Source of the DNA: an uncultured Gemmatimonadales bacterium
GTDB lineage: Bacteria; Gemmatimonadota; Gemmatimonadetes; Gemmatimonadales; GWC2-71-9
Reading direction: 5' to 3'
DNA: 64,000 nt
Assembly: GCA_963796635.1 (NCBI GenBank)
Contig: CAWCMH010000001.1
Location: forward strand, 771,568 to 835,567
A program made the position numbers and the translations under genes. Shown here piece by piece: positions 19,362-30,636 of this stretch. The notes under the pieces were generated by a model that saw only the letters and a program-made list of their open reading frames with translations, was not told the DNA's origin and did no database searches. Numbering within the stretch: position 1 is the first letter of the stretch; each line of letters begins with the position of its first letter.

Positions 19362-22300
19362 TCAATATGCGGGGCCGAACGAGATCGTCCAATACGGGCT
19401 GACACCGGGACGGTTGAGCGGCTTGGCGTAATCGAACCGCAGCACCACGAACCCGAGCGCGTTGATCTTGATGGACAATCCGACCGATTGCAACGGCGTG
19501 CGCACCAGTTCCGGCGACGTGCCGGACGCCCGGTTGAAGGTGAACGTGGTCGAGTCGTTCATCGCGACTCCGGCGTCGTAGAACAGCGCGCCCTCGATCG
19601 GCGGGAACAGGTTCGGCAGCCAGTGCATGTACTGCTGCGTCAGGATCGGGAACCGGATCTCCGCATTGAACACGGCAATCGACGAACCCAGCAGCTGGTC
19701 TTCGGCCGCACACCCGGTTTGCGATCCCGGATCGGCCACGGTCAGCACGGCGCATTCATGCCGGTCGAACGACCCGGCGGTCCAGCCGCGAATCAGGTCG
19801 GGGTAGCCGAGGTATTGCTGAAACTCGTCGGCGCTGCGACCCGTGCGGCCCAGATAGAGTGCCCGGGTCGCCAGCGTGAAGGGCCCGGCCACGCGATCAT
19901 ACCGGCGATAGTCGAACGTGGTTTGCAGATAGGTCCAGCCGCCGATCGCGGGGGCGACCTCGATGCGGGACCGCCGGCCCAGGAATGGCCCGGTGTAGCC
20001 CTCGATCGAGTTGTCATACACCCACGCCAGCGACGGCTGGACAAAGCCGGTTTCCGACAACACCGTCTTCTTCGTCGAGGGATTCTCGGTCAACAACCCG
20101 GAGCTGGGATCGAACGGTTCGAGGTAATCCAGCACCGCGTCTTCAACGTTGGTGACGTGCACGCCGGCTTCCAGTCGCTGGAACCGCGACAGCGGGTAAT
20201 AGCCGGTGGCGAAGCCCGAGCGCAACACGATGCGACGGATCTCGGTGACGTAGGTGTCTTCGCTCGGACTCGGCGACCCGACCAGATAGCCGGACCCGTT
20301 GTAGAAGAAGTACGGGTCCTGCGAGATGCCGACCGCCCAGTTGACGCGCCGGGTCAAATTGACGTACGCCGCGAGCACCTGGGCCTCATCGATGCGCCCG
20401 TTGACGTATCCGCTGAACAGCAGCTCATGGTCGCCCAGCATGTCGGACAACTGCACCGTGGTCCCGCCAAAGAAGCCGTTGCCGAAATTGCTGCGGGCGT
20501 ACCCGATGCTCGGCCGGGCGACGTAGTCGGGCGTGAACACCGTCTTGTACGGCCGCATGGCGAAGGTGTTGGTGTCGGGCAGGCGACTGGTCGTGTCGAT
20601 CAGCGCGGCAATCGACAACTCCCCCGACGGGTGCTCGGAGTTGGTTGCTTGTGCCACCGAATCGGCCGGGCGCAATCCGGTCGCCGAACGGTACAGCGAC
20701 GTGCCGCCGGCCGTGACGACCTTCGTGGTGTCAGCCGGCGGCGGCGTCACGGTCGGTGGCGTGGCATTGGTGCCCGGCGTGGCGGCGACCACCGCGGCCG
20801 GCGACCACGGCTCCTTGCGGCGCGACTCGGGGTTGGACATCACGTAGACGTCATAATCGCCGTCTTCGTAGTACACGTACGCGAGCTTGTCGGACTGGCG
20901 AGCCCACGACAGGACCGGTGACAACGGCGTGATGCCCTGCGCGCCGGTGAAGAAGTTGGTGATCTGGTACGACAGGCCGCTGCCCACGTCATACAGGTAG
21001 ATGTTGCTCACGCCGGTGCGATCCGAGATGTACGCGATCGTGTGCCCGTCGGGCGACCACTGCGGATCGGAATTCTTGCCGTGATCCATGCCCTGCAACA
21101 GCTCGATCGCTCCGGTATTCAGGTGATAGAGCGCGAGGCGATAGTTCCCGAAATGCAGGGTCTGGAAATTTGTCTCCGGGCCGCGATCCGTGGTGAACGC
21201 GATCGTCGTGCCATCGGGGGACCACGCCGGATTCAGGTCGGCGTATTTGTCATGCGTCAGCCGCCGGAGATGCCGGCCGTCGCGGTCGACGATGAACAGG
21301 TCCGACAGGCCGCCGTCGTATCCGGTGAAGACCAGTTGCTTCCCGTCCGGACTCCAGTCCGGCGTGGTGACACCGCTCAGGTCGGTGTGGATGGTATTGA
21401 CGCGCTGGTTCTGCGCCACGTCGAGAATGATGATGTCGTCGTGGGCGCCGTTCTTCCCGGCAAACGCGAGGTACTTGCCATCGGCCGACCAGCTCGCCGA
21501 CGAATTGATGAACCGGAACGTTTCGTAGTTCGAGCTCCAGGTCGACTTGAACAGCCGGTGATCGGCCTTGCCGGTCGCGACGTCGGCCAGCCACAGGTCG
21601 ACGAAGTAGAAGTTCTTCTCGGAGAAGTACGCCACCTTGGTCCCGTCGGGCGACAGCGCGGGCGCCAGGTGCAAGGTCCCTTCGCTGCGTGCCTTGGTGA
21701 GCACCGTCTGCGAGATCACGCTCGCCTTGTCGGCGTCGGGAAGTTGCGGCAGGTATTCGCGCGCGACGGCATCGCGCCACTGGTCGCCCAGTTGCTGGAA
21801 GTTGAGGCCGATCACGCGACGGAACGCGCCCTCGAGCGACCCCGAGCGCGAGGCGGACAGAATCGCGCCGATGGCCTCGTCCCCCCAGCGCTGACCCACG
21901 TATGCCAGCAGCGCCTGACCGAACCGGTACGGAAAGATGCGCGGGTCGGTCTCCAGCTGGTGAATCGTCGGGATCTTGCCTTCCTGCGCCGCGTCCCGCA
22001 GCCACATCGCGGTGTTCGGATCGATGCCGCCGATCGAGAGGTATTCCGCCATGCCTTCGACGAACCAGAGGGGCGGATTGAGTGCGATGAGCGTCTGCAC
22101 CCCGCCGCCGGCGCGACCGCCCGACCAGACATCGTACTGGAACTGGTGCGTCATCTCGTGCTGCAACACGTGCTCCACATCGGCGTACGAGCCGGTGAGC
22201 GGGATCACGATGCGATGCTTGATGAAATCGGTGAAACCGCCCACGCCTTCGGCCACTTCGTCGGGCTGCGTGTTGGTCTGCTGGAAATCGGACAGCGAGG

Positions 22301-22562
22301 CGTACAGAATGATCGGCTTGCGCTCGCGGAACTCGTGCCGCAGCACCGTGCTCAACTCGGTGTACGAGCGCTCCGCCATGCGCGCGACGTCGAGCGCCGC
22401 ACTGTGTTCAACCTGGTAGTAGTAGAGGTCGAAGTGCTCGGTCTCGAGCACCTTGAAGTGGAACCGGGAATACTGGACCTTGTTCTGGCCAAAATACTGG
22501 GCGTGCGCGGTCGCAGGGACCAGCGCCAGCGCAGCCAGCCACACCCACACGAGGCGGCGCAT
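19362..22562 (-). CDS. outer-membrane protein: zinc metallopeptidase + TolB-like (PD40) propeller + Omp85/BamA-type barrel
   Basis: Signal peptide AHA-QYFGQNKVQY; HEMTH and WFVEGMAEY; repeated WSPDG; IRGW loop, NAEIRFP, FYDAG, LRFDYA; C-terminal aromatic residue. Confidence 0.85.
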   Translation of the reverse strand: MRRLVWVWLAALALVPATAHAQYFGQNKVQYSRFHFKVLETEHFDLYYYQVEHSAALDVARMAERSYTELSTVLRHEFRERKPIILYASLSDFQQTNTQPDEVAEGVGGFTDFIKHRIVIPLTGSYADVEHVLQHEMTHQFQYDVWSGGRAGGGVQTLIALNPPLWFVEGMAEYLSIGGIDPNTAMWLRDAAQEGKIPTIHQLETDPRIFPYRFGQALLAYVGQRWGDEAIGAILSASRSGSLEGAFRRVIGLNFQQLGDQWRDAVAREYLPQLPDADKASVISQTVLTKARSEGTLHLAPALSPDGTKVAYFSEKNFYFVDLWLADVATGKADHRLFKSTWSSNYETFRFINSSASWSADGKYLAFAGKNGAHDDIIILDVAQNQRVNTIHTDLSGVTTPDWSPDGKQLVFTGYDGGLSDLFIVDRDGRHLRRLTHDKYADLNPAWSPDGTTIAFTTDRGPETNFQTLHFGNYRLALYHLNTGAIELLQGMDHGKNSDPQWSPDGHTIAYISDRTGVSNIYLYDVGSGLSYQITNFFTGAQGITPLSPVLSWARQSDKLAYVYYEDGDYDVYVMSNPESRRKEPWSPAAVVAATPGTNATPPTVTPPPADTTKVVTAGGTSLYRSATGLRPADSVAQATNSEHPSGELSIAALIDTTSRLPDTNTFAMRPYKTVFTPDYVARPSIGYARSNFGNGFFGGTTVQLSDMLGDHELLFSGYVNGRIDEAQVLAAYVNLTRRVNWAVGISQDPYFFYNGSGYLVGSPSPSEDTYVTEIRRIVLRSGFATGYYPLSRFQRLEAGVHVTNVEDAVLDYLEPFDPSSGLLTENPSTKKTVLSETGFVQPSLAWVYDNSIEGYTGPFLGRRSRIEVAPAIGGWTYLQTTFDYRRYDRVAGPFTLATRALYLGRTGRSADEFQQYLGYPDLIRGWTAGSFDRHECAVLTVADPGSQTGCAAEDQLLGSSIAVFNAEIRFPILTQQYMHWLPNLFPPIEGALFYDAGVAMNDSTTFTFNRASGTSPELVRTPLQSVGLSIKINALGFVVLRFDYAKPLNRPGVSPYWTISFGPAY

Positions 22563-22591
22563 CGGTCGAGCCTTTCGTCCGGAGCGGACGG

Positions 22592-22954
22592 TCACGGTTC
22601 GGAGAGCAGCACGGGCGCATCCTGCCACAGGCGCTCCAGCTGATAGAAGGCCCGCGTCTCCGGGTGGAACAAGTGCACAACCACATCCACGAAATCAAGC
22701 AATACCCAGCGTCCGGCCTGAAGCCCCTCGATATGATGCGCCGGATGCCCGGAACGCTCCAGCGACTGGACGACGCCGTCCGCGAGACCGCGCACATGCG
22801 TATCCGACGTGCCCGACGCAATCACGAAGTAATCCGTGGCGTTGCTGAGCCCGCGCAGGTCGAGCACGACCGTGCGAACTCCCTTGCGATCACCGATGGC
22901 ATGGACCGCACGGCGGACCGCCGCGGGTAGCGGGCGGGCGCGCCGTTCAGCCAC
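22592..22954 (-). CDS. rsfS: ribosome silencing factor
   Basis: DRKG, TDYFVIASGTS, WVLLDFVDVVVHLF, RAFYQLERLW. Confidence 0.95.
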   Translation of the reverse strand: MAERRARPLPAAVRRAVHAIGDRKGVRTVVLDLRGLSNATDYFVIASGTSDTHVRGLADGVVQSLERSGHPAHHIEGLQAGRWVLLDFVDVVVHLFHPETRAFYQLERLWQDAPVLLSEP

Positions 22955-23039
22955 GAGATTTAACCCCGTCCGGGCGGAATCGGTTCACCCGCCGCCCCCG
23001 CGCCCGGTGGTGCGGTTCTTCGGTCACGGGACGGCCGCG

Positions 23040-23489
23040 CTATTCGCCAGCGACCACCTCGACCTTCACATCGGCGTGGACGTCATGATGCAGCTTGACC
23101 GGCACGGAATGGAATCCCAGCTGCTTGATCGGGTGCTCCAGTTCGATCCGGCGCCGGTCGATGTCGATGCCTTGCGCCATCAGCTTTTCGGCGATATCGG
23201 CCGTGGTGATCGAGCCGAACAGGCGGCCATCCTCGCCGGCCTTGGCCGGGAATCGCAGCGTCACGCTGCCGAGACGCCCGGCAAGCTGTTCGGCGCCGGC
23301 GCGCTCGCTCGCATTGCGAACCTCGCGGGCGCGCGTCTCCGCCTCCATGCGTTTCTTGTTGCCGGCAGTGGCCTCGAACGCCAGGCCCTGGGGCAGCAGG
23401 AAGTTGCGAGCGTAGCCCGGCTTGACGCGGACCATCTGGCCCGCCTTGCCGAGGGTGGCGACATCCTGGCGCAGAATCAGATCGATCAT
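23040..23489 (-). CDS. rplI: 50S ribosomal protein L9
   Basis: LGKAGQMVRVKPGYARNFLLP, GRLFGSIT, PIKQLG. Confidence 0.97.
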   Translation of the reverse strand: MIDLILRQDVATLGKAGQMVRVKPGYARNFLLPQGLAFEATAGNKKRMEAETRAREVRNASERAGAEQLAGRLGSVTLRFPAKAGEDGRLFGSITTADIAEKLMAQGIDIDRRRIELEHPIKQLGFHSVPVKLHHDVHADVKVEVVAGE

Positions 23490-24466
23490 GACAGAGCTCC
23501 TGAAGGCGGCGCCAGCCGGCGCCGGAAGTCGAGCCACGTGTCGGCCACACCCAGCAGGGTGAAACCGGTGGCCGCGAAAGGGAACATGGGTAACATTACC
23601 ACCGCCAGCACGCCGAGAAAAAGCGGCGATGCACGGCGCACCGCAATGCGTGCGATCGCCAGCCCGCGCAACGCATACGCCGCGACGACGACCAGCAGGA
23701 CGTTGTCCGCCGCCAGGGTCAACGCCGCCGAGCCGTGAATTAGTGCCGCGCCCACCGCGGCGACCAGCAGCCAGACCAGCTGGTCGTTGAAGGTGAACTG
23801 GCCGAGTCGCGCGGCCGGGGGGCCGAGCGGGCGGCGCGCGATGCGCTGATACCAGTACCACGACAGCCAGCTGCCGAGCATCGCCGTGAGGCCGAGCAGG
23901 GCCGGGTAGATCGTGGCCATGGTGGTGAGCGTCGTGGCCAGTTGCCAGGTTCGGTCGTCGACGCCGGCCGGCTGGAGGGCGGCGCCGGTCACGGCAGGCG
24001 GCGCGCTCGGCAACGACGCGAAGAGTTGACGCCAGCTGTTCCAGGTCTGGGTGATGAAATCGTTCTGCAGGTCCACGAAGCGCAGATGCAGCACCATGAA
24101 CCAGCCGAGCATGGCCAGGCTGGCCAGCGCCAGCGCCAGCATCGCCCGGACGAACAGCGACCGGATGCCGGCAAGGCTCATCACGGCGAACGCGCCGATG
24201 TAACAGACGCCGGCCGCGCGGATGGTACGTTGTGTGAGCGAGCCGGGAAGCTGGAACCACGCCATCAGGCCGAGCGTGCACAGCCCGATCCAGAACCATT
24301 CCCGCGCCGTCCGTGGTCGCGACAACAGGAGCAGCGCGCCCAGCGTACCGAGAAAGAACACCGGACAGATCTGCACCGCGCCGATCAGGTACACGGCCAC
24401 GAGGAACAGTGGCAGCCACGGCGAACGGCGCTCGCTCTTCGCGGGCGCCGGAGCGGTATCGGTCAG
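23486..24466 (-). CDS. DUF2232 (YybS-like) membrane protein; start uncertain, probably CTG
   Basis: Multi-TM protein between rpsR and rplI; C-terminal [13 protein letters not shown]. Confidence 0.75.
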   Translation of the reverse strand: MTDTAPAPAKSERRSPWLPLFLVAVYLIGAVQICPVFFLGTLGALLLLSRPRTAREWFWIGLCTLGLMAWFQLPGSLTQRTIRAAGVCYIGAFAVMSLAGIRSLFVRAMLALALASLAMLGWFMVLHLRFVDLQNDFITQTWNSWRQLFASLPSAPPAVTGAALQPAGVDDRTWQLATTLTTMATIYPALLGLTAMLGSWLSWYWYQRIARRPLGPPAARLGQFTFNDQLVWLLVAAVGAALIHGSAALTLAADNVLLVVVAAYALRGLAIARIAVRRASPLFLGVLAVVMLPMFPFAATGFTLLGVADTWLDFRRRLAPPSGALS

Positions 24467-24684
24467 CCGGTGAACCCCTTGATGTACGGCAGCAACGCCA
24501 CTTCGCGGGCGCGCTTGATCGCGGTGCTCAACTGGCGCTGGTGGCGGGCGCAGGTGCCCGATAGCCGACTCGGCAGAATCTTGCCGCGTTCGGTGAGAAA
24601 CCGGTTCAACAGGCGTTCGTCCTTGAAGTCGACCACGCGGACGCCGGACTCGCAGATCGCGCAGCTCTTTTGCGGGCGGGCCAT
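24463..24684 (-). CDS. rpsR: 30S ribosomal protein S18 (Zn-binding type)
   Basis: [32 protein letters not shown]. Confidence 0.97.
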   Translation of the reverse strand: MARPQKSCAICESGVRVVDFKDERLLNRFLTERGKILPSRLSGTCARHQRQLSTAIKRAREVALLPYIKGFTG

Positions 24685-25022
24685 TATTCCTCTTCCTCCC
24701 CATCCTTGGCCGTGGGCGTCGGTGCCATCTGGGCACCTTCGTCCAGCACGATCAGGTGACGCAGCAGTCCTTCGTCGAGCCGCAGCGCGCGCTCGAACTC
24801 GGGCAGCATCTCGGCGGCAGCGGAGAACTTGGTGATCACGTAATAGCCGGTGTCGCGACCACCCACCGGATAGGCGAGTGTCCGCTTGCCCCAGTGATTC
24901 ACGTCGACGGCGGCGTCGGCGTCCTGGGGAATGAGCGCGTGAAAGCGATCGAGTTTTTCGGTGACGGCCGGTTCTTCGAGCGCGGAGTCGAAGATGTAGA
25001 CGGCTTCATAGCGACGAGCCAA
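24684..25022 (-). CDS. rpsF: 30S ribosomal protein S6
   Basis: TTG start after GGAAGGTG; [26 protein letters not shown]. Confidence 0.95.
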   Translation of the reverse strand: MARRYEAVYIFDSALEEPAVTEKLDRFHALIPQDADAAVDVNHWGKRTLAYPVGGRDTGYYVITKFSAAAEMLPEFERALRLDEGLLRHLIVLDEGAQMAPTPTAKDGEEEE

Positions 25023-25025
25023 GGG

Positions 25026-25077
25026 CACCTTCCTTCGGTCTGGGTCGCCCCGGCGCGGTGCAGCGCCGAGGAGGATG
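25026..25077 (-). promoter_or_regulatory. S6:S18-binding ribosomal leader RNA
   Basis: Minus strand CATCCTCC..(inner stem CTCGGCGC/GCGCCGGG)..GACCG-AAGGAAGGTG: anti-SD pairs with SD, with CCG immediately 5' of SD. Confidence 0.65.
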
Positions 25078-25091
25078 GATGTGAGGTCCCG

Positions 25092-25119
25092 AAGATAGCC
25101 GAGCCCGACGGGATTGCAA
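25092..25119 (-). promoter_or_regulatory. sigma70 promoter of the rpsF operon
   Basis: TTGCAA-N16-TATCTT just upstream of the leader. Confidence 0.65.
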
Positions 25120-25149
25120 TCGCCACCACCGGCACGGCGCTCAGGCCGC

Positions 25150-26301
25150 CTAGGGGTGCTGCAGCAGGATCCAGCGCATCTCCTGATGCATGTTCGGCTC
25201 CGGCCGCTGCACCAGCACCGAATCGCCGGCATACAGCAGCAGGTGATAGCTGCGGGGAAGAATGACGCGCCCGCGCAGCGACCCTTGGTCGCCGAGGAGG
25301 TAGAAGTCGAGCGAATCGCGGGCCGGGATCTGGGCGGCGATCAGCAGGATCCGGCCGTCGCGTGCCGCGACGACCCCGCTCAGGGCGGGATGATACTTGC
25401 CGCTGTGGGCCAAGCTGGAGTCGAAGCTGCGCATCGCGTCCGGGTTGTGACGCGACGCGTATTGGGCCCGGATGGCGTCGATCTCGGCGGGCGTGATCGG
25501 CGGACCGGGCATGTCACCGGACAACGTCCAGCGCGCCGCGCCGGTGTTCGACTCGCGCCGCACCGTGAACGAGTCGCCCGGCGTCCATACGATGTCGCTG
25601 TCGGGCAGAATGGCGTACGATGGCAACGCCGGGAAGAGTGGCAGGGCCGCGATCGGCGCGCCGTCGCGCAGCCGCAGCCACGGGAGCCGCCGGCTCAGCA
25701 CGATGTGACCCGCGGTATCGCCGGGCGTGTCGAGTTCGCGAACCTGAAAGGACGCCACCGAATCGCCGGCGGGTGTCGCGATGCGCTGCATCATGGCGAT
25801 GCTGCCGGTATATCCGACGGCGCGCAGGTTGCTCACCGGAGGAATCGGCAGCGCGCTGACGAAGCTGCCCGCATCGTCGTAGCTCATCGACTGCGACCGC
25901 TGCGCGTCGATGACGACGTAGTTGCCGGCGACGCGCGCCACCGAGACGGGCAGCGCGTATTGTCCCGGCGCATCGCCGACCTCGCCGATCGTCAGCGGAT
26001 CGGTCTTGCCCGGGGTCCAGACCTGCACCGGGCGGTTCCGCTCCCAGGTGGCAAACTGGCGATCGTTCATCCAGTTCGCCGTCGCCAGTGCGATCGGGCA
26101 GGGCGACTCGCCGTCGGCCTGGCAGATCAGGGTGCCGTCATGAGCGCTGAATTGCGGCACCGAGTCGAGCGATGCCGCCGAAATGTGAAGGGTGACGGCG
26201 GGCCCGAACGACGCCGGCGGCCGCGCCGGGGGCGCGGAACGACATCCCGCCAGCGTGACGGCGGCGACGGCGGCTGCGAGCCGCCAGACGCGCTGATGCA
26301 T
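25150..26301 (-). CDS. hypothetical lipoprotein, possible beta-propeller
   Basis: Lipobox LAGC; IGEVGDAPGQY resembles the GxGPGE propeller motif; alternative start 26343. Confidence 0.65.
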   Translation of the reverse strand: MHQRVWRLAAAVAAVTLAGCRSAPPARPPASFGPAVTLHISAASLDSVPQFSAHDGTLICQADGESPCPIALATANWMNDRQFATWERNRPVQVWTPGKTDPLTIGEVGDAPGQYALPVSVARVAGNYVVIDAQRSQSMSYDDAGSFVSALPIPPVSNLRAVGYTGSIAMMQRIATPAGDSVASFQVRELDTPGDTAGHIVLSRRLPWLRLRDGAPIAALPLFPALPSYAILPDSDIVWTPGDSFTVRRESNTGAARWTLSGDMPGPPITPAEIDAIRAQYASRHNPDAMRSFDSSLAHSGKYHPALSGVVAARDGRILLIAAQIPARDSLDFYLLGDQGSLRGRVILPRSYHLLLYAGDSVLVQRPEPNMHQEMRWILLQHP

Positions 26302-26353
26302 CGGGGGTAACACCACGGCAGCTCCTCGATGGTGCATCGTCATCGGTGATGCA

Positions 26354-27451
26354 TCATGGATTGAAACGGAACAGCATGACATCGCCATCCTGCACGACGT
26401 ACTCCTTGCCCTCGGCGCGCGCCAGGCCCTGTTCCCGCGCGTGCTTCCAGCCGGCGGCGCGGATGAAGTCTGCGTACGCGACGGTCTCGGCGCGAATGAA
26501 CCCAGCCGCAAAGTCACTGTGAATGACCCCGGCGGCCTCGGGTGCGCGCGCGCCGCGACGAATGGTCCACGCGCGGACTTCCTTTTCACCGGCGGTGAAA
26601 TAACTCTGCAACCCGAGCAGGTGATACGCGGCGCGCGCCAGGCGATCAAGGCCCGATTCAGTGATGCCCAGGGCGTCGAGAAACGTCGCGCGATCCTCGA
26701 TCGGCAATTCGGCCAGCTCCGCCTCGACCTTGGCCGAGAATACCACGACTTCGGCCGGCTCGGCCTCGTCGGCAATTACACGCCGCAGGCGCTCGACATG
26801 CGCGTTGCCTCCACTCAAGTCGTCCTCGTGCACGTTGGCCGCGTACAGCGTGGGTTTGGCGGTGAGCAGGTTGTAGCCGCGGAGCAGCGGCGCTTCGTCT
26901 TCGGTGACGGTCACGGTCCGTGCCATGCGGCCCTCGCTCAATGCGGCAACCAACCGTTCCAGCAGGCCGCTTTCAAGGCGGGCGGTCGCGTCGCCGGTCC
27001 GCGCGGCCCGCTGCGCCTTGTCGAGGCGCTTCTCGACGGAGCCGAGGTCGGCGAGTGCCAGTTCCGTGTTGATGATGTTCCGGTCGCGCACCGGATCGAC
27101 GCTGCCCATGACGTGCTGGATGTCGTCGTCATCGAAGCAGCGGATCACCTGCACGATCGCGTCGACTTCGCGCACGGTCGCGAGGAACTGGTTGCCGAGG
27201 CCCTCGCCTTGCGACGCGCCCTCGACCAGCCCGGCGATGTCGACAAACTGCACCGTCGCGGGCACCAGCTTCTGCGGTGCGACGATCGCGGCGATGGCGC
27301 TGAGCCGGGCGTCCGGCACCTCGACCACGCCGGTGTTCGGCTCGATCGTCGCGAACGGGTAGTTCGCGACCAGCGCACCAGCCGAGGTGAGGGCGTTGAA
27401 GAGGGTCGACTTGCCGACGTTGGGAAGGCCGACGATACCGAGGGAGAGCAT
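26354..27451 (-). CDS. ychF: redox-regulated ATPase YchF
   Basis: GIVGLPNVGKSTLFNALT, NYPFATIEPN, DIAGLV, EGLGNQFL, GFIRAE, YVVQDGD. Confidence 0.97.
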   Translation of the reverse strand: MLSLGIVGLPNVGKSTLFNALTSAGALVANYPFATIEPNTGVVEVPDARLSAIAAIVAPQKLVPATVQFVDIAGLVEGASQGEGLGNQFLATVREVDAIVQVIRCFDDDDIQHVMGSVDPVRDRNIINTELALADLGSVEKRLDKAQRAARTGDATARLESGLLERLVAALSEGRMARTVTVTEDEAPLLRGYNLLTAKPTLYAANVHEDDLSGGNAHVERLRRVIADEAEPAEVVVFSAKVEAELAELPIEDRATFLDALGITESGLDRLARAAYHLLGLQSYFTAGEKEVRAWTIRRGARAPEAAGVIHSDFAAGFIRAETVAYADFIRAAGWKHAREQGLARAEGKEYVVQDGDVMLFRFNP

Positions 27452-27458
27452 GGAAGTT

Positions 27459-27507
27459 GTTAGTCGTTAGTCGTTAGTCGTTAGTCATTAGACATTGGGG
27501 GTTGGGG
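27459..27507 (+). repeat. heptamer tandem array, left arm
   Basis: GTTAGTC x4 (27459-27486), then in-register degenerate units ATTAGAC, ATTGGGG, GTTGGGG. Confidence 0.95.
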
Positions 27508-27565
27508 TACTCGCGTGATTCGGGACCGGCTCGCGTCGGACAGAGCGAGGGTTGCCGGTGCGAGG

Positions 27566-27574
27566 TGCTACGAT
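27566..27574 (+). promoter_or_regulatory. putative extended -10 promoter (leaderless transcript)
   Basis: TGCTACGAT ends 6 nt before ATG 27581; no SD. Confidence 0.5.
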
Positions 27575-27580
27575 GCAGTC

Positions 27581-27949
27581 ATGAGCGACTATCGACGATT
27601 GGCGGTGTGGCAGCGCAGCTATCAATTCGTGCTCCAGGTCTATCGGGACAGCTCGGCGTTCCCGACGGACGAACGGTTCGGGTTGACCAATCAACTCCGG
27701 CGCGCGGCAGCATCGGTGCCGTTGAACATCGTCGAAGGCTCCGGTCGCGCCAGCGACAACGAATACCGCCAGTTCCTTCGCATCGCACGCGGGTCGTCGA
27801 ACGAGACGACATGCCTGCTGATGCTCGCGCGGGATCTCGGATACCTCGCCAGCAACGTTGCCGAACCGCTCGTGGATGAATCCGAACAACTGGGTGCGAT
27901 GCTCACCGGCTTGATTCGCGCGCTGGCACGCAAGCCCGCTAACGGCTAA
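27581..27949 (+). CDS. four-helix-bundle protein (23S rRNA IVP / bAvd-like family)
   Basis: YRRLAVWQRS, FPTDERFGLTNQLRRAAASVPLNIVEGSGR, FLRIARGSSNE, ARDLGY. Confidence 0.93.
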   Translation: MSDYRRLAVWQRSYQFVLQVYRDSSAFPTDERFGLTNQLRRAAASVPLNIVEGSGRASDNEYRQFLRIARGSSNETTCLLMLARDLGYLASNVAEPLVDESEQLGAMLTGLIRALARKPANG

Positions 27950-27966
27950 CGGCTAACGCCTAATGC

Positions 27967-27970
<4 letters not shown>
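27938..27970 (+). repeat. heptamer tandem array, right arm (inverted relative to left arm)
   Basis: GCTAACG x3, CCTAATG, CCTAT; reverse complement CGTTAGC matches left unit CGTTAGT at 6 of 7 positions. Confidence 0.93.
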
Positions 27971-30045
<2,075 letters not shown>

Positions 30046-30069
30046 CGGGTAAACCGCGGCGCCCGGGCG

Positions 30070-30636
30070 TCAGCGGTTGAAGCGATTCATGGCACGTTCG
30101 ATCCCGTCCATCACCCAGCATTCCACTGCTTCCGTCATCGTGCCGAGCGTCGCGCTGAACGCGGCCCGCTCGGCGTCGGTCATCCGGCCCAGCACCCAGT
30201 CGGCCAGGTCGTCATACTCGGGCGGCTTGGCCCCGATGCCGATCCGCAGTCGCGGATAATCCTGGCGCCGCAACGCCCCCTCGATGCTGCGCAGCCCGTT
30301 GTGCCCGCCCGCCGAGCCCGCGCCCTTGAGGCGAAACTCGCCCGGGGCAAAGGCAATGTCGTCGACCAGCACCAGCAGATCGTCGGCCGGGTTCCACGTA
30401 GGCGACCGCAGCGGCCGCAGCGCATCGCCACTCGCGTTCATGAACGTCGTCGGCTTCAGGATGCGCACTGCGACGCCGCCCACCGTGCCCGTGACGGCGA
30501 CCGCATCGTCCGCCCGCCGGAACGGACCCAGCTGCCACTGTGCGGCCAGGTGATCGGCGAGAAGATACCCGGCGTTGTGCCGCGTGGCCTGGTACTCCGG
30601 GCCCGGGTTGCCGAGTCCGACGATCGCCTTGGCCAC
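30070..30636 (-). CDS. pth: peptidyl-tRNA hydrolase
   Basis: IVGLGNPG, TRHNAG, KPTTFMNASG, GGHNGLRSI, RLRIGIG, AMNRFN. Confidence 0.96.
   Translation of the reverse strand: MAKAIVGLGNPGPEYQATRHNAGYLLADHLAAQWQLGPFRRADDAVAVTGTVGGVAVRILKPTTFMNASGDALRPLRSPTWNPADDLLVLVDDIAFAPGEFRLKGAGSAGGHNGLRSIEGALRRQDYPRLRIGIGAKPPEYDDLADWVLGRMTDAERAAFSATLGTMTEAVECWVMDGIERAMNRFNR

Noticed and set aside
27459-27507. CRISPR array
   Set aside because: Contiguous 7-mers without spacers; no cas genes.
27581-27949. Diversity-generating retroelement (Avd-like gene)
   Set aside because: No reverse transcriptase and no TR/VR pair with adenine-specific mismatches in the window.
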